From Carcharhinus longimanus (taxonomy: Eukaryota), in assembly GCA_030264375.1 (NCBI GenBank), contig JASCQW010000109.1, forward strand, positions 69,601,110 to 69,665,109: a stretch of DNA of 64,000 bases, read 5' to 3'. Made by a program: the position numbers and the translations under genes. The notes beneath the pieces are model-generated. The model saw only the letters and a list, made by a program, of their open reading frames with translations, made no database searches and was not told the origin of the DNA. This document shows positions 1 to 12,399 of this stretch, one piece after another. Within the stretch, counting starts at the first letter, position 1. Each line of letters opens with the position of its first letter.

Positions 1-505
1 GTTGCCTCATTACAGGAAGGATATGGAAGCCATTGAAAGGGTGCAGAGATTTACAAGGTTGTTGCCTGGATTAGGTGGCATGCCTTATGAGGATAGGTTG
101 AGAGAGCTCGATCTTTTCTCCTTAGAGAGACGAAGGATGAGAGGTAACCTGATAGAGGTGTATAAGATGTTGAAAGGTATTAATCGAGTGGATTCTCAGA
201 GGCTTTTTTCCCAGGGCTGAAATGGCTGCCACGAGAGGACACAAGTTTAGGGTACTGGGGAGTAAGCACAGAAGAGACGTCAAGGGTAAGTTTTTCACTC
301 AGAGGGTGGTGGGTGCGTGGAATCGGCTGCCGGCAGTGGTGGTGGAGGCTGATAGGGTATTTTAAGAGACTTTTGGATAAGTACATAGGACATAGTATGA
401 TAGAGGGTTATAGGTAAGCCGAGTACGTAGTGACATGTTCGGCGCAACTTGTGGGCTGAATGGCCTGTTTATGCTGTAGTTTTTCTCTGTTATATGTTCC
501 ATGTT
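1..505 (+). mobile_element. CR1 LINE 3' fragment
   Basis: PHYRKD..ERVQR.FTRLLPGL..YEDRL.ELDLFSLERRRMRGNLIEVYK is the CR1 ORF2 C-terminus, followed by a typical 3' UTR tail. Confidence 0.85.
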
Positions 506-885
506 CAAGGTCCGCAACAGCCAAAATAAAGACCGGACCCAAACAGCCCATTCTTGCAAAGCGCAAAACGTAGTGTCCAGCATAACAGGTAATTCTGCTG
601 TTGGACAACACTTGCTGAACACTCGCAAAATTACACTAAAATCCAAGTCAAGATTGGAGGTCAGGTTGACTGACCTGCGCAAGCTCGAAACTACAAATAT
701 TCATACACCGGGTCCTGTCCTTGGCAGCGTTCGTGCACGAAGTAAACATTTTTCAGCTGAACAAGAACAGACCAATTTCCAGATGATCAGTTCTCGTTTC
801 TCATGCGGCATCAATTATTGTTTTCTTTTACTACTGCTATTGTTGCGACACGTTCTGCTGAGTGCAAGACGATAAGTTGTGTTTA
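505..885 (+). mobile_element. Penelope-like element 3' remnant (GIY-YIG endonuclease C-terminus plus terminal repeat)
   Basis: SAVGQHLLN...RKLETTNIHTPGPVL resembles PLE endonuclease ends (SAIxxH...LEAxxI...P.L); decayed hammerhead-like core at 855-874. Confidence 0.6.
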
Positions 886-1424
886 AAACGACGTTATATC
901 TGATCACCCGGTCACTTTAATGAGCTGATAAATCGTTGTCAAACATCCGTGGCACTCTGCGTAAGGATCCAAGGAGAGTTACATTCTTTCGTGACGCACT
1001 GTATTAGTGTAGGCGATTCTTGGAACGACATGCACAGAATTGATTCAGTTCCGACTTGAAAATTCTGAATCACGCTCGATTTACCCATATTAGAACCCAT
1101 GCTGCCCCAATGAAAGCAATCAGTTCCATCAGTACATGGTCACATGCTAATATGCCTCCATAGCACCACTTCCAGAGTCCATGATTGGAAGGCTATCATT
1201 ACAACACACAACGTTTACTTTGCAACGTAGGGGACAGTTTCCGAATGTGATGGCGATCCTCCTTCAAAAGCCATGACCTAAAAGAACATTGCCGACCATG
1301 GATTGGATTGGATTGGTCCATGATTATGCTTGGCAACTTACTGCAGTGCTTTGCGTTCTGTATCATGTTCCACCAAGAAACACCTATTCTTTACATAAGT
1401 GCAGCATACTGCGGATGATGGAAC

Positions 1425-1790
1425 CGGAAACAAAAGCAGAAAATGTTAGAAAATCTCAACTGGTGTGATATCATCAGTTCTGACCTCAGTGTCATCCTAA
1501 CCTGAAACGTTGGCCCTATTCTCTCTCGATGTGAAGATGCCGGCATTGGACTGGGGTAAACACAGTAAGAAGTTCCACAACACCAGGTTAAAGTCCAACA
1601 AGTTTAGTTGTAGCAAATGCCACTAGCTTTCGAAAGCTCGTGGTGTTTGCTACAAATAAACCTGTTGGACTTTAACCTAGTGTTGCGAGGCTTCTTACTC
1701 TATTCTCTCTCCACAGATATTGTCAGACCTGTTGACATTTTGCGGCATTTTCTGATGTTATTTGTGTTTTTGTTCCTGATCTTTATAGCC
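1425..1790. repeat. Palindromic Penelope-terminal-type repeat interrupted by a nested insertion
   Basis: agaaaatgttagaaaatctcaac... pairs with ...gttgacattttgcggcattttct; related copies near 24040, 32560 and 47050. Confidence 0.55.
1528..1699. mobile_element. 172-bp insertion with a 136-bp palindrome and 12-bp target-site duplication
   Basis: CTATTCTCTCTC at 1516-1527 and 1700-1711; arms 1564-1631 and 1632-1699. Confidence 0.8.
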
Positions 1791-2114
1791 TGTCATCGGC
1801 CATTTTAAGAAGTATTACAAAACTGATAATCAGCCTGTTTGGCCACATTATGCATGCAATTTAGATGACCATCAGATCTTTCAGTGGGGCTTAAACGTGG
1901 AGCTTATGGCAACAAGTTAGAAACGCCTCCACTGTTTGAATTTATAATGTAGAACGCGCAATGGAAAGTTTAAGTATATCGCATACGTTAACGAAATGGT
2001 GAATAAATCTGTTTAGCTTATAAGATTAGTCACCACTTATCAATATATGACTTAATTGTGTTCATACCGATCAAAAATTAACTCAGTTGCCAACCTTATT
2101 CTCATTGCTAATAA

Positions 2115-2410
2115 TCACTTTGGAATGGACTAACTAGGCAAGTAATCACGAGCCCCAGGCAATGCTCTGGAGAATCAGGTTTAAATGCAACCATGACGAA
2201 TGGTGAAATTTGAAGTTAAAATAAAAGAAATCTTGATTTAAACGGCTAATGTTGTCTTTAAAACTCATCTGGCTCAGTACTGGCCTTTAGGGAAGGACAT
2301 TTGCTATGCTTACCTGGTCTAGCCTACATCTGACTCCATTTCCACAACAATGTGGTTGACTTTTAAATGTTCTCTAAAACGGCCTACGATTCAGTTCAAG
2401 TGCAATTATC
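2115..2410 (+). mobile_element. SINE-like interspersed repeat
   Basis: Shared blocks (ggtgaaatttgaa; ctttagggaagga; atgtggttgact) with copies at ~11940, 47370, 54215 and 55320. Confidence 0.55.
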
Positions 2411-2772
2411 GATGTGCAATTATTTAAAATAATTTTAAAGAACTTTAGAAAAGGTTATGAGAAATTTTCAATTTTGCACATTTCACTGTAGTAATTTCCT
2501 GAAGGGTAACCGAGGTGAAAGGTAATCAAAGCAAGTTTCTACTTTTGATGACGATTGCTGAAAGGGAAATTTGCAAACTGTTAGGAAGGTACTCGCTGTG
2601 GTTAAGTGGTCTCAGGTTAAAGGCGAAATAAGAAGCATTTATTTGTATTTGTGAATATGTTATATGTGGGAGTGTGTGGGTGCATACTCGTTATAACTTA
2701 CAAATAGGAGGAGAATTGTAAATAGTTCTGTTGAGTAATGTATCAGATGAGAAACAATGTGCAAATAAGAGA

Positions 2773-2930
2773 AATTTTAATTTCAGCTGTACAAGTATAA
2801 AACAAGTACATTCTCAGGGCGTTTTTAAGAGTTTTCAGCTTTAAGACTTGCGTCACTATTGATTGGTTGTGCATACATCCACCAAAGAGTGAAGGAAACA
2901 CTGACCGGTGATCGCTATTGCCCACTGAAT
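2773..2930 (+). promoter_or_regulatory. Decayed cPcdh promoter cassette of the first relic exon
   Basis: GCTTTAAG 2838, ATTGG 2862, CCAAA 2882, GATC 2910: same module order as the intact promoters. Confidence 0.7.
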
Positions 2931-3203
2931 CAATGTAAACAGTCAGGCTCTTCTATGTGGAAACAGACGGCGCAAAACTTTATAAATGCGCAATATGCAA
3001 TCTAGGTTAGAATTTTGAGGAGTGCGAGGATATTTTGAAAATGATACGAGCGACTTAAACATTCGCCTATTGGCGCGTCAACTGGTTCTTCCCCGGTAAC
3101 AAAGGAATGCACATCAACTTTATTCCTGGGTGACATCGAAGACCCGATGCGTCCGGCTGAAGTCATTATAAAAATCGAAAGCGGCGGTGATCTATTTAAA
3201 AAT

Positions 3204-3708
3204 ATGAGATTTTTAAGTAGCAAACATTCTTCATTTTCGTAATCCTACATTCTAGTTTCTGCAACAATTTGGTATTCTATTCTCAAACAGTTCTCAAACT
3301 CGATGCTTTTGCTGGGAACAACGCGAATGATTTAGGTTTGGGTGTAAAGAGGCGGACACCTTGCAGTTTTCCGATTGTGTCTGGTCCCAGGGAAACAATA
3401 CTTGAATTTGAAGGGAAATATTGACACAGAACAACCTTGTGGGGCCAGTCTGAATTATATGCAGTCTCTGGATGCTGGATGGTAAACCCGGTAAATCTCT
3501 GCCATGTTGAAGTGGAGATCCCGGATGTAAATCACAATTCTCTTTGATTTCTAAACAAACAATTGCACCTTGTTATTTCGGGGCCGCTGCACCAGAAATG
3601 CGCTTCGGCCTCCAAATGTCGGGAACCACTCCTTGCAAAGCCATTGGCTTAGTCAGAACAATTACTTTGCCCTTCATGTGCAGACCAGTAGTGGAGACGA
3701 AAATAATT
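3204..3708 (+). pseudogene. Relic cPcdh variable exon (signal peptide, EC1, start of EC2), frameshifted and ending at a LINE fragment
   Basis: ATGAGAT at 3204; gctgggaacaacgcgaatgatttaggtttg (GNIADDLGL-like); ccatgttgaagtggagatcccggatgtaaatcacaat (HVEVEIxDVNxN); translated PNVGNHSLQSHWLSQNNYFALHVQTSSG matches DPDVGSNSLQSYQLxxNDYFTLDVQTRSG. Confidence 0.85.
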
Positions 3709-3978
3709 CAGAAGTTCGACATCATCCACAACAAAATAGTCCACTTGATTGGCACACCATCCACACCTTACACATGCACTCTCTACACCACTGGTGCACA
3801 GTGGCGTCTTTGTGTAACGTCGAAAAGATGCACTGCAGCAACTCACCAANNNNNNNNNNNNNNNNNNNNNNNNNNNNNNNNNNNNNNNNNNNNNNNNNNN
3901 NNNNNNNNNNNNNNNNNNNNNNNNNNNNNNNNNNNNNNNNNNNNNNNNNCACCAAAGCTCCATCAACAACACCTTACA
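3708..3978 (+). mobile_element. LINE (CR1/L2 group) ORF2 C-terminal fragment spanning a gap
   Basis: KFDIIHNKIVHLIGTPS / HSLHHWCTVA..KMHCSNSP; 100-N gap at 3850-3949 flanked by duplicated caccaa. Confidence 0.6.
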
Positions 3979-4444
3979 AGCTTACTTGCATACTCCGTAT
4001 CTCCTTCATAATCAGTAATTGCCAAAACATCAAATGTCCAAATGGCCATCTGCATCCGTTGTTTTCTGTCAATACTTCAGAAAGCAAGGGCGGAGCGTGC
4101 TGGAAATTGCGTATTCCTATGTTTATATTTCATTCAGAAAATTCAGTTCGTTATTATCTTAATTCCAAGAATTCTTTTGCAACTCGTTCCTTTGTCACGC
4201 AACAAGTTGCTTTCAAGTGTTACTTAGCAGTTCAACTGAAAATCATCAATCTATCCTGCAAAACGTGCTTGTGTTTTCTATGGTACAAAGTATTATAAAA
4301 ATAATAGCTTCAATAATTCGGAAGCTGAAAACGCATACTTCCCACCATACTGCGTTATAAATATGTAATAATAACACTTACACCATTTGCAGTCCATTGC
4401 TGTCAGAATTCGTTATTACTATTCGCAGAGAATTCGTCGCTTAG

Positions 4445-5495
4445 TTATAGGAGGCAGAGACTGATGACAGAAGGCTGCCTTAGTGACTGGAAACCAGCGG
4501 CCAGTGGCGTACCATACGGATGTTCGTTGTGCCCGCTATTATTCTTCATTTATATAAATGGCATTGATGACTATGTGCGGGGTAGGGTTAATGAGTTTGC
4601 GGATAACACAAAGATTAAACGGATGGTTCCGAGTAAGGAGGAGTGCCGGCGGGTGCAAGGATATATAGACGGAATGGTCAAATGCACAGGTAAGTGGCAG
4701 CGGAGTTTAACACTGAAAAGTGTGAGCTGATACACTTTGGAAGGAGAACTCTAACAAGAAGGTACATGGTAGTTCACTAGGGAGTTCTGTGGAACGAAGC
4801 GAGCTTGGCACGTTTGCCCATAGATTGCTGAATGCGGAAGAGTGGTGAAAAAGACCTATGGGATACTTGCCTTTATGAATCGAGGCATAGATTACAAATG
4901 CAGGGAAGTAATGGTGGAGTTGTATAGAACTTTGGTGAGACCACAGTTCGAGTAATGTGTGCAGTTCTGATGCCATATTATCGGGAGGATGTTACTGCAC
5001 TGGAAGGGGTGCAGAGGAATTTCACCAGGACGCTACCTGGGATGGAATTTTAAGTTATGAAGAGAAGTTGCAGAGGCTTGCTCTGTTTTTGTTGGAGCAG
5101 AGAAGATTGATGAGCGATCTGATCGAGGTGTACAAGGTTACGAGAGACATGGACAGAGTGAATAAAGAGCAGCTGTTTCCCTGAGTTGAAGGATCAGTCA
5201 CAAGGGGACATAGGTTCAAGGTGAGGGGCAGGAAATTTCGGTGGGATGTGTGGAAAAGTTTTTTTTTACCCAGAGGGTAGTGACGGCCTGGAATGTGAGG
5301 GTTGTAGAGACAGGTTGCCTCACATCCTGTATAAAGTATCTGGATGAACACTTGGCACATCATGAATTTCAGGACTATGGACCAATTGCTGGCAGATGAG
5401 GTTGGGTGAAAGTTCAGGTGTTTCTGTTGTGTCCGTGCGGATTCGATGGGCCGAAAGGCCTCTTCTGTGCTGTATGATCCTATGATTCTATGACG
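4445..5495 (+). mobile_element. 5'-truncated CR1 LINE
   Basis: RT motifs SGVPYGCSLCPLLFFIYIN and FADNTK; LEQRRLMSDLIEVYK; (ctatgat)n-like tail. Confidence 0.9.
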
Positions 5496-5920
5496 GTATA
5501 CGATCCTACCGTTTTAGTTAAGGCAAACATATTTCAGTCTGTGGACGTTCATATTTCGATCTTCAGCAGAGTGAAAAAGTGTTGCCAGCATCAAGATTAA
5601 TTTGGGGCAATGTATTTGATTCTAGTTTTCAGAATCATTTTTGGCATTATACTATTACCATCGAAGTGGGTGAGGTTTTCTTGTTTGTCCCCGGTGTTGC
5701 AAAATTTTAAACGATTACGTGTAAACGTTTTTCATCGTTTCGGACACCAAGCCGACAATGGTTAACACATACTACCCGTCTACAAAACACCAATTCAGGT
5801 TTATTTCGGTCGTTTCTGGGTATTTGATCCCAATGATGATTATGTTATTTGTTCGTATTATGAATAGATTGACAGATAAAATGTAAACCATGCAAATTTT
5901 GAATTAATTTGGTGTATTAC

Positions 5921-6110
5921 ATTTTTGACTGTACAACCAAAAATGCACAATCAACGCAATGATCTTTCGAGACATCCTAGCTTTAAGAAATGCTCAAAAA
6001 CCTGATTGGATGTCTGTGACCATTTTTCCATCCACCAATCAAAAGCTGCAATGTGCCTGGTGATCGAGGGCCCCCTTTCCTTCCCAAGCACCATTGCGCA
6101 GTTGCAGTCA
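5921..6110 (+). promoter_or_regulatory. Conserved promoter cassette of V1
   Basis: TTTTTGACTGTACAAC, GCTTTAAG 5980, ATTGG 6005, CCAAT 6035, GATC 6062..CCCCCT. Function inferred from conservation across paralogs. Confidence 0.8.
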
Positions 6111-6341
6111 CAGTTCATTGTGAAAGCTGGGACCGCGGCTGCGTTTTAAGAGCTTTTGCGCTTTAAACCAGTGTGATGATTCGCATCAATAAGGAGATCG
6201 ACAAAGAAATAATGTCAAGATTTTAAATCGCACAAGTGTTTGGGTGAAATCTGCGACTTCGATCAGGGATCTTATATTTATTCGAATGAATTATCCAACC
6301 GAGTTGTGGCGCTGAAATCATTGGGATGCTTTGTGCTGGAA

Positions 6342-8798
6342 ATGAGATATTATCAACCACACTGGCTGTTAAAATGGTCATTGTTGCACTGTGGATTGTG
6401 CTTCTGGGATCTGATTTCTTGTCAGATTCGCTATTCGATTCCAGAAGAGCTGCAACTGGGCGCCTTTGTTGGGAATATCGCAGATGATTTGGGTTTAAAT
6501 GTGCAGGAGCTCGCGGCTCGCAGTTTCCGGATCGTTCCCGGGCCCAGGAAACAGTATTTCGACCTAAATTTGAACAATGGTATTTTATCTGTGAAGGAAT
6601 ATATAGATAGAGAACAGCTGTGTGGGTCGAGCGAAACGTGTGCTGTATCTTTGGAAACTGTGATCGAAAAGCCTTTCAGTCTCTACGATATTGAAGTGGA
6701 AATTCTCGACGTAAATGATAACGCACCGATTTTTCCAAATAAACAATTCCGCATTGAAATCTTCGAAGGGGCCTCACCGGGAACTCGCTACGCCCTTCAG
6801 CGCGCCCACGACCCAGACGTAGGAACCAACTCCCTCCAGTCGTATCAGCTGGATGCCAATCCGTACTTCACTTTAAATGTTGAGAGTCGAAATGGGAATG
6901 ACGACATGCCTGTGTTACTGCTAAAAACGCCACTTGATAGAGAAAAGATATCCAGTCACAGGTTAGTGTTGATCGCCAAAGACGGAGGGGTCCCGGAACG
7001 ATCCGGAAGTGCCGAGATAATAATCAGCGTAAAAGATGCAAATGATAACACTCCTGTCTTCTCGCAATCAGTTTACAACATCAGTCTTTTAGAAAACGCA
7101 CCCAAAGGAGCATTGGTAATAAAGTTAAATGCTACTGATTTGGATGCCGGTCCAAATGGGGAAATTCTGTACTCTTTTAGTAACCATGCTTCTGGTAGAG
7201 TCCGTGAGTTGTTCAGTCTGGATTCTAAAACTGGTGAAATCAGAATCAGGGGCAATTTAAACTATGAGATCAACAAGTTTTTCGAGATTAATGTGCAAGC
7301 AATGGACAAGGGACCTTATGCAGTCCCTGCTTATTGTCATGTGCTGCTACATATTGTGGATATCAATGATAACGCCCCAGAGGTGACTGTTTCTACGTCG
7401 TTCAGTCCAGTTAGCGAAGATTCAGTGTCCGGGACAGTTGTGGCTCTAATCAGTGCAACAGACAAAGATTCAGGAGAAAATGGGCAGGTAAAATGTAAAG
7501 TCGCAGAAAACGTTCCATTTCAACTGGATTCATCGTCCAAGAAGTACTTAACATTGCGTACAAAACAAGGACTTGATCGGGAAAATATCTCCAGATATGA
7601 AGTCACCGTTGTGTGCAGTGATTCAGGATCTCCTTCTCTCACCTCACAGAAAGTCATCCTGGTGGAGGTTTCGGATATAAATGACAATGCGCCACGCTTT
7701 TCGCGACCTTTATACACAGCTTATGTGATGGAGAACAATGTTATTGGCACGTCTATATTATCAGTGGCCGCTTTTGATCCAGATTTAAACCAGAACTCTC
7801 GACTAAACTATTCCATAATACCGGCGCAAGTACAGGATGAGTCAGTATTTAGTTACGTCCATATCAAACCAGAAAAGGGAACTATAATTTCTCAAAGGTC
7901 TTTTGACTATGAAAGACTCAAAAGTTTTCAGTTTGAAGTTCAGGTTACGGACTCTGGAGCCCCGTCACTATCCAGCACTGTCGCAGTAGAGGTGGTAATC
8001 CTTGATCAGAATGATAATGCTCCTGTCATCGTACATCCATTACCAGAATATGGATCTACAGTAACAGAGATTGTATCTCGATTTGCAGAACCAGGCTATC
8101 TAGTCGCCAAGGTGTCGGCCACAGATGTCGACTCTGGTCAAAACGCACGCCTCACGTACGAGATTCATCAGGCTACTGAACCGGGACTTTTTACCATTTC
8201 ACCAGATACAGGTGAAATTTGGACCATCCGAGGCATTATGGGCAAAGATACCACGAGGCAAAGGTTGGTTATTGCTGCAAGAGACAGTGGTTCACCGCCA
8301 CTTTCAGCCACAATGACAATCATCTTATCACTGACAGAGGGTGATACAGAAATGCTTTCCGACGTGAGCAGTCTGTCTGAGGATTCTGGTTCTGTGAGTG
8401 ACATTAGTTTTTTCTTAGTTATATCGTTAGGGATAACCTCTTCAATTTTCCTCGTCGTTTTAATTGTTCTCGCCCTTAAGCTTAAAAATAACAGGAACAT
8501 GTTTGGTGCACAAAATGGTTTTCGAAACACTTGCTGTTGCCTCAGCGGACGAAATTCCATGAATGGAGTTCAAAAAGCTAGCAGAAATCTTGAAATAGTT
8601 CCGAACTATGTTGAAATATTTGGGGGCGATCCACTTTCCCAAAGTTTTCGCTATGACTCATGTTCATCTTCGGGCACAGCCAAGAGAGACGCCATATTTT
8701 CTAACAAGTATCAGTCATCCAGTTCCAAGAATAACGTCATGAGTGGAGATGAGGAAATACTACGAAATGTCAAGTGCAAAAATACCATAAATAGTGAG
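6342..8798 (+). CDS. Clustered protocadherin variable exon V1 (signal peptide, EC1-EC6, TM, variable cytoplasmic domain); splices to constant exons outside the window
   Basis: ORF 6240-8807. Start placed at the ATG shared by paralogs (6342, MRYYQPHWLLKW). QIRYSIPEE, DRE/DYE, DxNDNAP and AxDxG motifs repeat six times; TM FFLVISLGITSSIFLVVLIVLAL; donor GAG|GTGAGC after 8798 (819 codons, phase 0). Confidence 0.95.
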
Positions 8799-9444
8799 GT
8801 GAGCTGATCTTACTGCCTTAAATATTTGCATTTGTTTTGGCGTCCAGTCACGAATTCGCTATTCCCAATGACCACTGTGTTTTAATGACTCTGGCATCTT
8901 CTGAAGTTTTGTCATTCCAGGGTCCGACATGTTCTAGTTGATGGCAGAGGAATATCAGACATGGTTTATATCCCAAATCTAAATTTGTTTTTCTATTTCA
9001 GTTCAAAGTAATGACACTTGATCAAGATTCCGTCCAGTTTTAAACTGAGAATTCTGGGTGAAATGCTGAGGATCATTCACAAGTTGAAACTTTTAAGAGA
9101 AAGTAACAGCTGAGTTAATTAGCAGGTCAGAACCGTCCGGGATTCCCTTATCGTAGATTGTCATAGCAAAGTCTTAAGTAATCAAAATGTTTTACAACTC
9201 TTAAAACGCTGCACGAGAATTACTTAAAGTATTGATGCAGTTGCTTTGAATTTGGGAAGAGGAATGTGTCATGGATGCATGCATGACATTTAGAAGAAAG
9301 GAAACATTCAGAGTACTAAAATAAGCACAGTATTGTGGATACGATTGTCAGAAAAGATGCGATGAACGCGGGGACCAGTGAAAACCGTTCAGCACCTTGA
9401 ACCTGTGCATTCCTTCAGTTAAAACATTTCAGTTGGATATCTCA

Positions 9445-9648
9445 ACTCATAGAACTCATAGCACTCAAAGAACCCTACAGTGCAGAAAGGGGCCCTTCGG
9501 CCCATCGAGTCTGCACCGAACACAATCCCACCCAGGCCCTACCCCCCATACATCATACCCACTAATCCCTCTAACCTACGCATCCCTGGACACTAAGGGG
9601 CAAGGTCTTAGCATGGCCAATCAACCTAACCCGCACATCTTTGGACTT
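9445..9648 (-). mobile_element. HE1-type SINE 3' part inside a degenerate minus-strand CR1 (~9370-10240)
   Basis: ccctacagtgcagaaagg..ttcggcccatcgagtctgcaccg..agcatggccaatcaacctaacccgcacatctttggact, shared with other copies in the window. Confidence 0.7.
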
Positions 9649-10384
9649 CAACTTGCTGCCTTGTTTCCATTGCCCTCAAGTCTTTTGTACTATGAAAACG
9701 TAGCAATTTTATCATTGGCAATTTAAATTCAGAATTCACATCAGCTTTTCAGTGAGGCATTCTTGATTCCTACTTTGTGTGAACGACTGCACACTGGCAT
9801 CACTTCAATTACCTGGATCTAGTTTGTCAGGTTGTGCCCTTTCTTCTCGATTCTCGTGCCAGAAAAAATAACTTTTCTCTAATCTTTAAAAACCATTAGC
9901 TGTCTTAAGCACTTCATTTATATCACCCCTTAATATTTTACTTACAAGTAAATGGTAAATTGATTGACACAGTCGGTATTGATAACTGTTTTAGATCGGG
10001 GAATCATACTGTTGAATCTGCAATGAGTCCACTCCAAAACCAACATATACCTCCTGAAGTGTGCTGCCATCAGCTGAATGTAATTCTCACCTGAGCTCTA
10101 TAAAGCTTGAACGCACCATCCATTATTAGAATATCAGGCCTTTTGAGATAGTGACCACTTTTCCAAAATGTTTACTGTTGTTTTTAAAGCAGTACGCTCT
10201 CTTTTAATGATGTACGTACTGGACCTTTAAATCTCTGTTCATTCATGTCCCCAAAATTAAATGGGAAATAATCGTGTTCATAAAATCATTTTGAGAACCA
10301 CCAGACGCGATAAAGTGCGTAAAAACCAATGAAGAACTGCGCACTGTCAGGTGCGTATCAACCAAATTACGCACAGCAAAATCC

Positions 10385-10655
10385 GACCAATAGTAGTGCA
10401 AGAATGACCAGATAATCTGCACATGTGATGTAAATTGAAGGATAAATATTGGTCAGGAGACCAGGCTTCCACTCAAGTAATCGAAGGTTGCTCTGGTTTA
10501 AAGTTTCATCTGAAGGACAGCACCTCTAACAATGCAGACCCTCTGAGTACTGCAATGAAGAGACAGCATTGATTTTTGGCCTTGAGCCCTGGAGAGTACC
10601 TGAAGTCAAAATCCAGTAATTGAAAGCGAATATGCCACTAACTGACTCACGGGTA
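10385..10655 (-). mobile_element. Old SINE, probably DeuSINE (SacSINE1/AmnSINE-like)
   Basis: ggtttaaagtttcatctgaaggacagcacctctaacaatgcag resembles the Deu-domain consensus as I recall it; not database-checked. Confidence 0.45.
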
Positions 10656-11939
10656 ACCTGCTATTTCCTATACTGAGCTCTATAGCCGCATCTTGCCCAC
10701 GCTTTAACCTCGCAATGTGCCTTGAAACCTATTGTTCCCGTTTGCGCTATTTATTGTGTCACAAAATCTATTTCCGTAGAGAGGGTGCGGAGAGGGGAGA
10801 AAATATGGTAGACCATCACTGAAGGAAGGATCACGCATTCTAAAACTTGTTTTGGATGAATGGTGTGTTGTCATCTGCATTCATTTCAATTTTGGTGAAT
10901 TCTTTCAGTGACTTCCTGCAGCAGAAATTTGCGTCCTCGTGTAAACCAGTTGTATTTTGGAAGAAGTATGTATGCATTAATTGAGAAAGAAACAACAAAA
11001 AAAATAGTGTTTAAATGCATATCTACCACCAGAACAGCATGGATGTGTAAGTATACTTAACGATTAATTTAGCTGTTGAGTGCAGTGTTGATTTTATGCT
11101 GCATGGTGATATAAATTGCAATAAATGGGACTCCCAAGGTTTCGCAATTCCAAATAATTTCAAGAAATTTTATTTAATTTGACCATCCTTAGTTGGTGTG
11201 TGCATTGGGAGAAGAACGCCATTAGCTTTAGATTATTTTATCATTTTTCACTGTGTGCAATGCCAACCATTAATGAAACGCAGGTCTATCACAGCACAGC
11301 TCTGCTATACAATTCTTGGTCATTTCATTGAGTAAATTAACCCCATCTTCTAAGAATTGATTTATAGCTGTAGAAGGATGTTACACACACACAGTAGCCA
11401 GGATGAGTGGCATAATCTAAGGAGTGCCACATTCGAGTCAGTATTGTGAAATAGGACAACCATTTGTAATTGTGTACCATCCGCCCAAAGGCATTCAATA
11501 TTAAGCATTTACTTGCATTTGCTAGTGGATAAATGTATTCCCAACTATCTAATCTCTTAACATAAAACGCAACGTGATAATCCATTGTAATCTTCTCCAC
11601 AATATGGCGAGCATCAGCAGCCAGTGTTCCACCTGTTCCCTGCCACTACAAACAGCAACGATGCCAAGAAGAATATCAATATTATGTCAGATGTAATCAA
11701 CAGAAAACTAACTGATATTCTTGAAAATTAATTAGGCGTGCATTGTAATAATACTTTAAGTGGGTCATGTAATGATGATACTCAGAAAATTAACTGCGAC
11801 CATTTTTGGAGAATAGCGCAGCTCAGAAATGAAGAACTCCGAACTATTTACATAAGACTCTCGCAGCCTTGATTTAAGAAAAATAGTAAAATTGGATAAA
11901 GCGAGGCAGAGCAATCTAGTCATGACATGTTATTATTTG

Positions 11940-12300
11940 TGGTTTATGTGATGTTCACATCGCTGCCGAGGTCAACATTTATTACCCATCCCAATTTGCC
12001 CTTGAACTGAGTAGCTTGCTCTGCCACTTCTGAGGGCAGAAGTTTAGAGTCAACAACATTGTGGTGTGTCTGCATTAAGGTGTAGGTCAGGTCAGGTTGG
12101 TTAACCATGTGGGTTTTTACGACAATCGGCAATGGTTTCATAGTCATTATGAGACTTTCAGATTCCAGATGTTTATTAATTCCAGATGTTTATTAAATTC
12201 AAATTGCAGCATCGTGAGATTTGGCTCACATTCTGAGAGCATAATAATGTGTTACTTCATTACTAGTCAGTGGCAATGCCACAACGCCAACGCCTCTCCT
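11940..12300 (-). mobile_element. SINE-like repeat (family of 2115-2410)
   Basis: Reverse-complement match to 2115-2410; internal 17-bp tandem duplicate at 12163-12196. Confidence 0.55.
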
Positions 12301-12399
12301 ATCTAATTGTTTAAAGCTGATATTTTGTTGTTTTACAAAAATGAACATGAAATCTAGGCTAGAGTTCGCAATGACCCACTTTAGCTATTTCGCACTACT

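Noticed and set aside
6240-6341. N-terminal extensions from the ORF track (V1 6240, V2 15891, V3 24620, V5 40613)
   Set aside because: They start at TTG or GTG under a prokaryote-style caller. The signal peptide begins at the ATG shared by paralogs.
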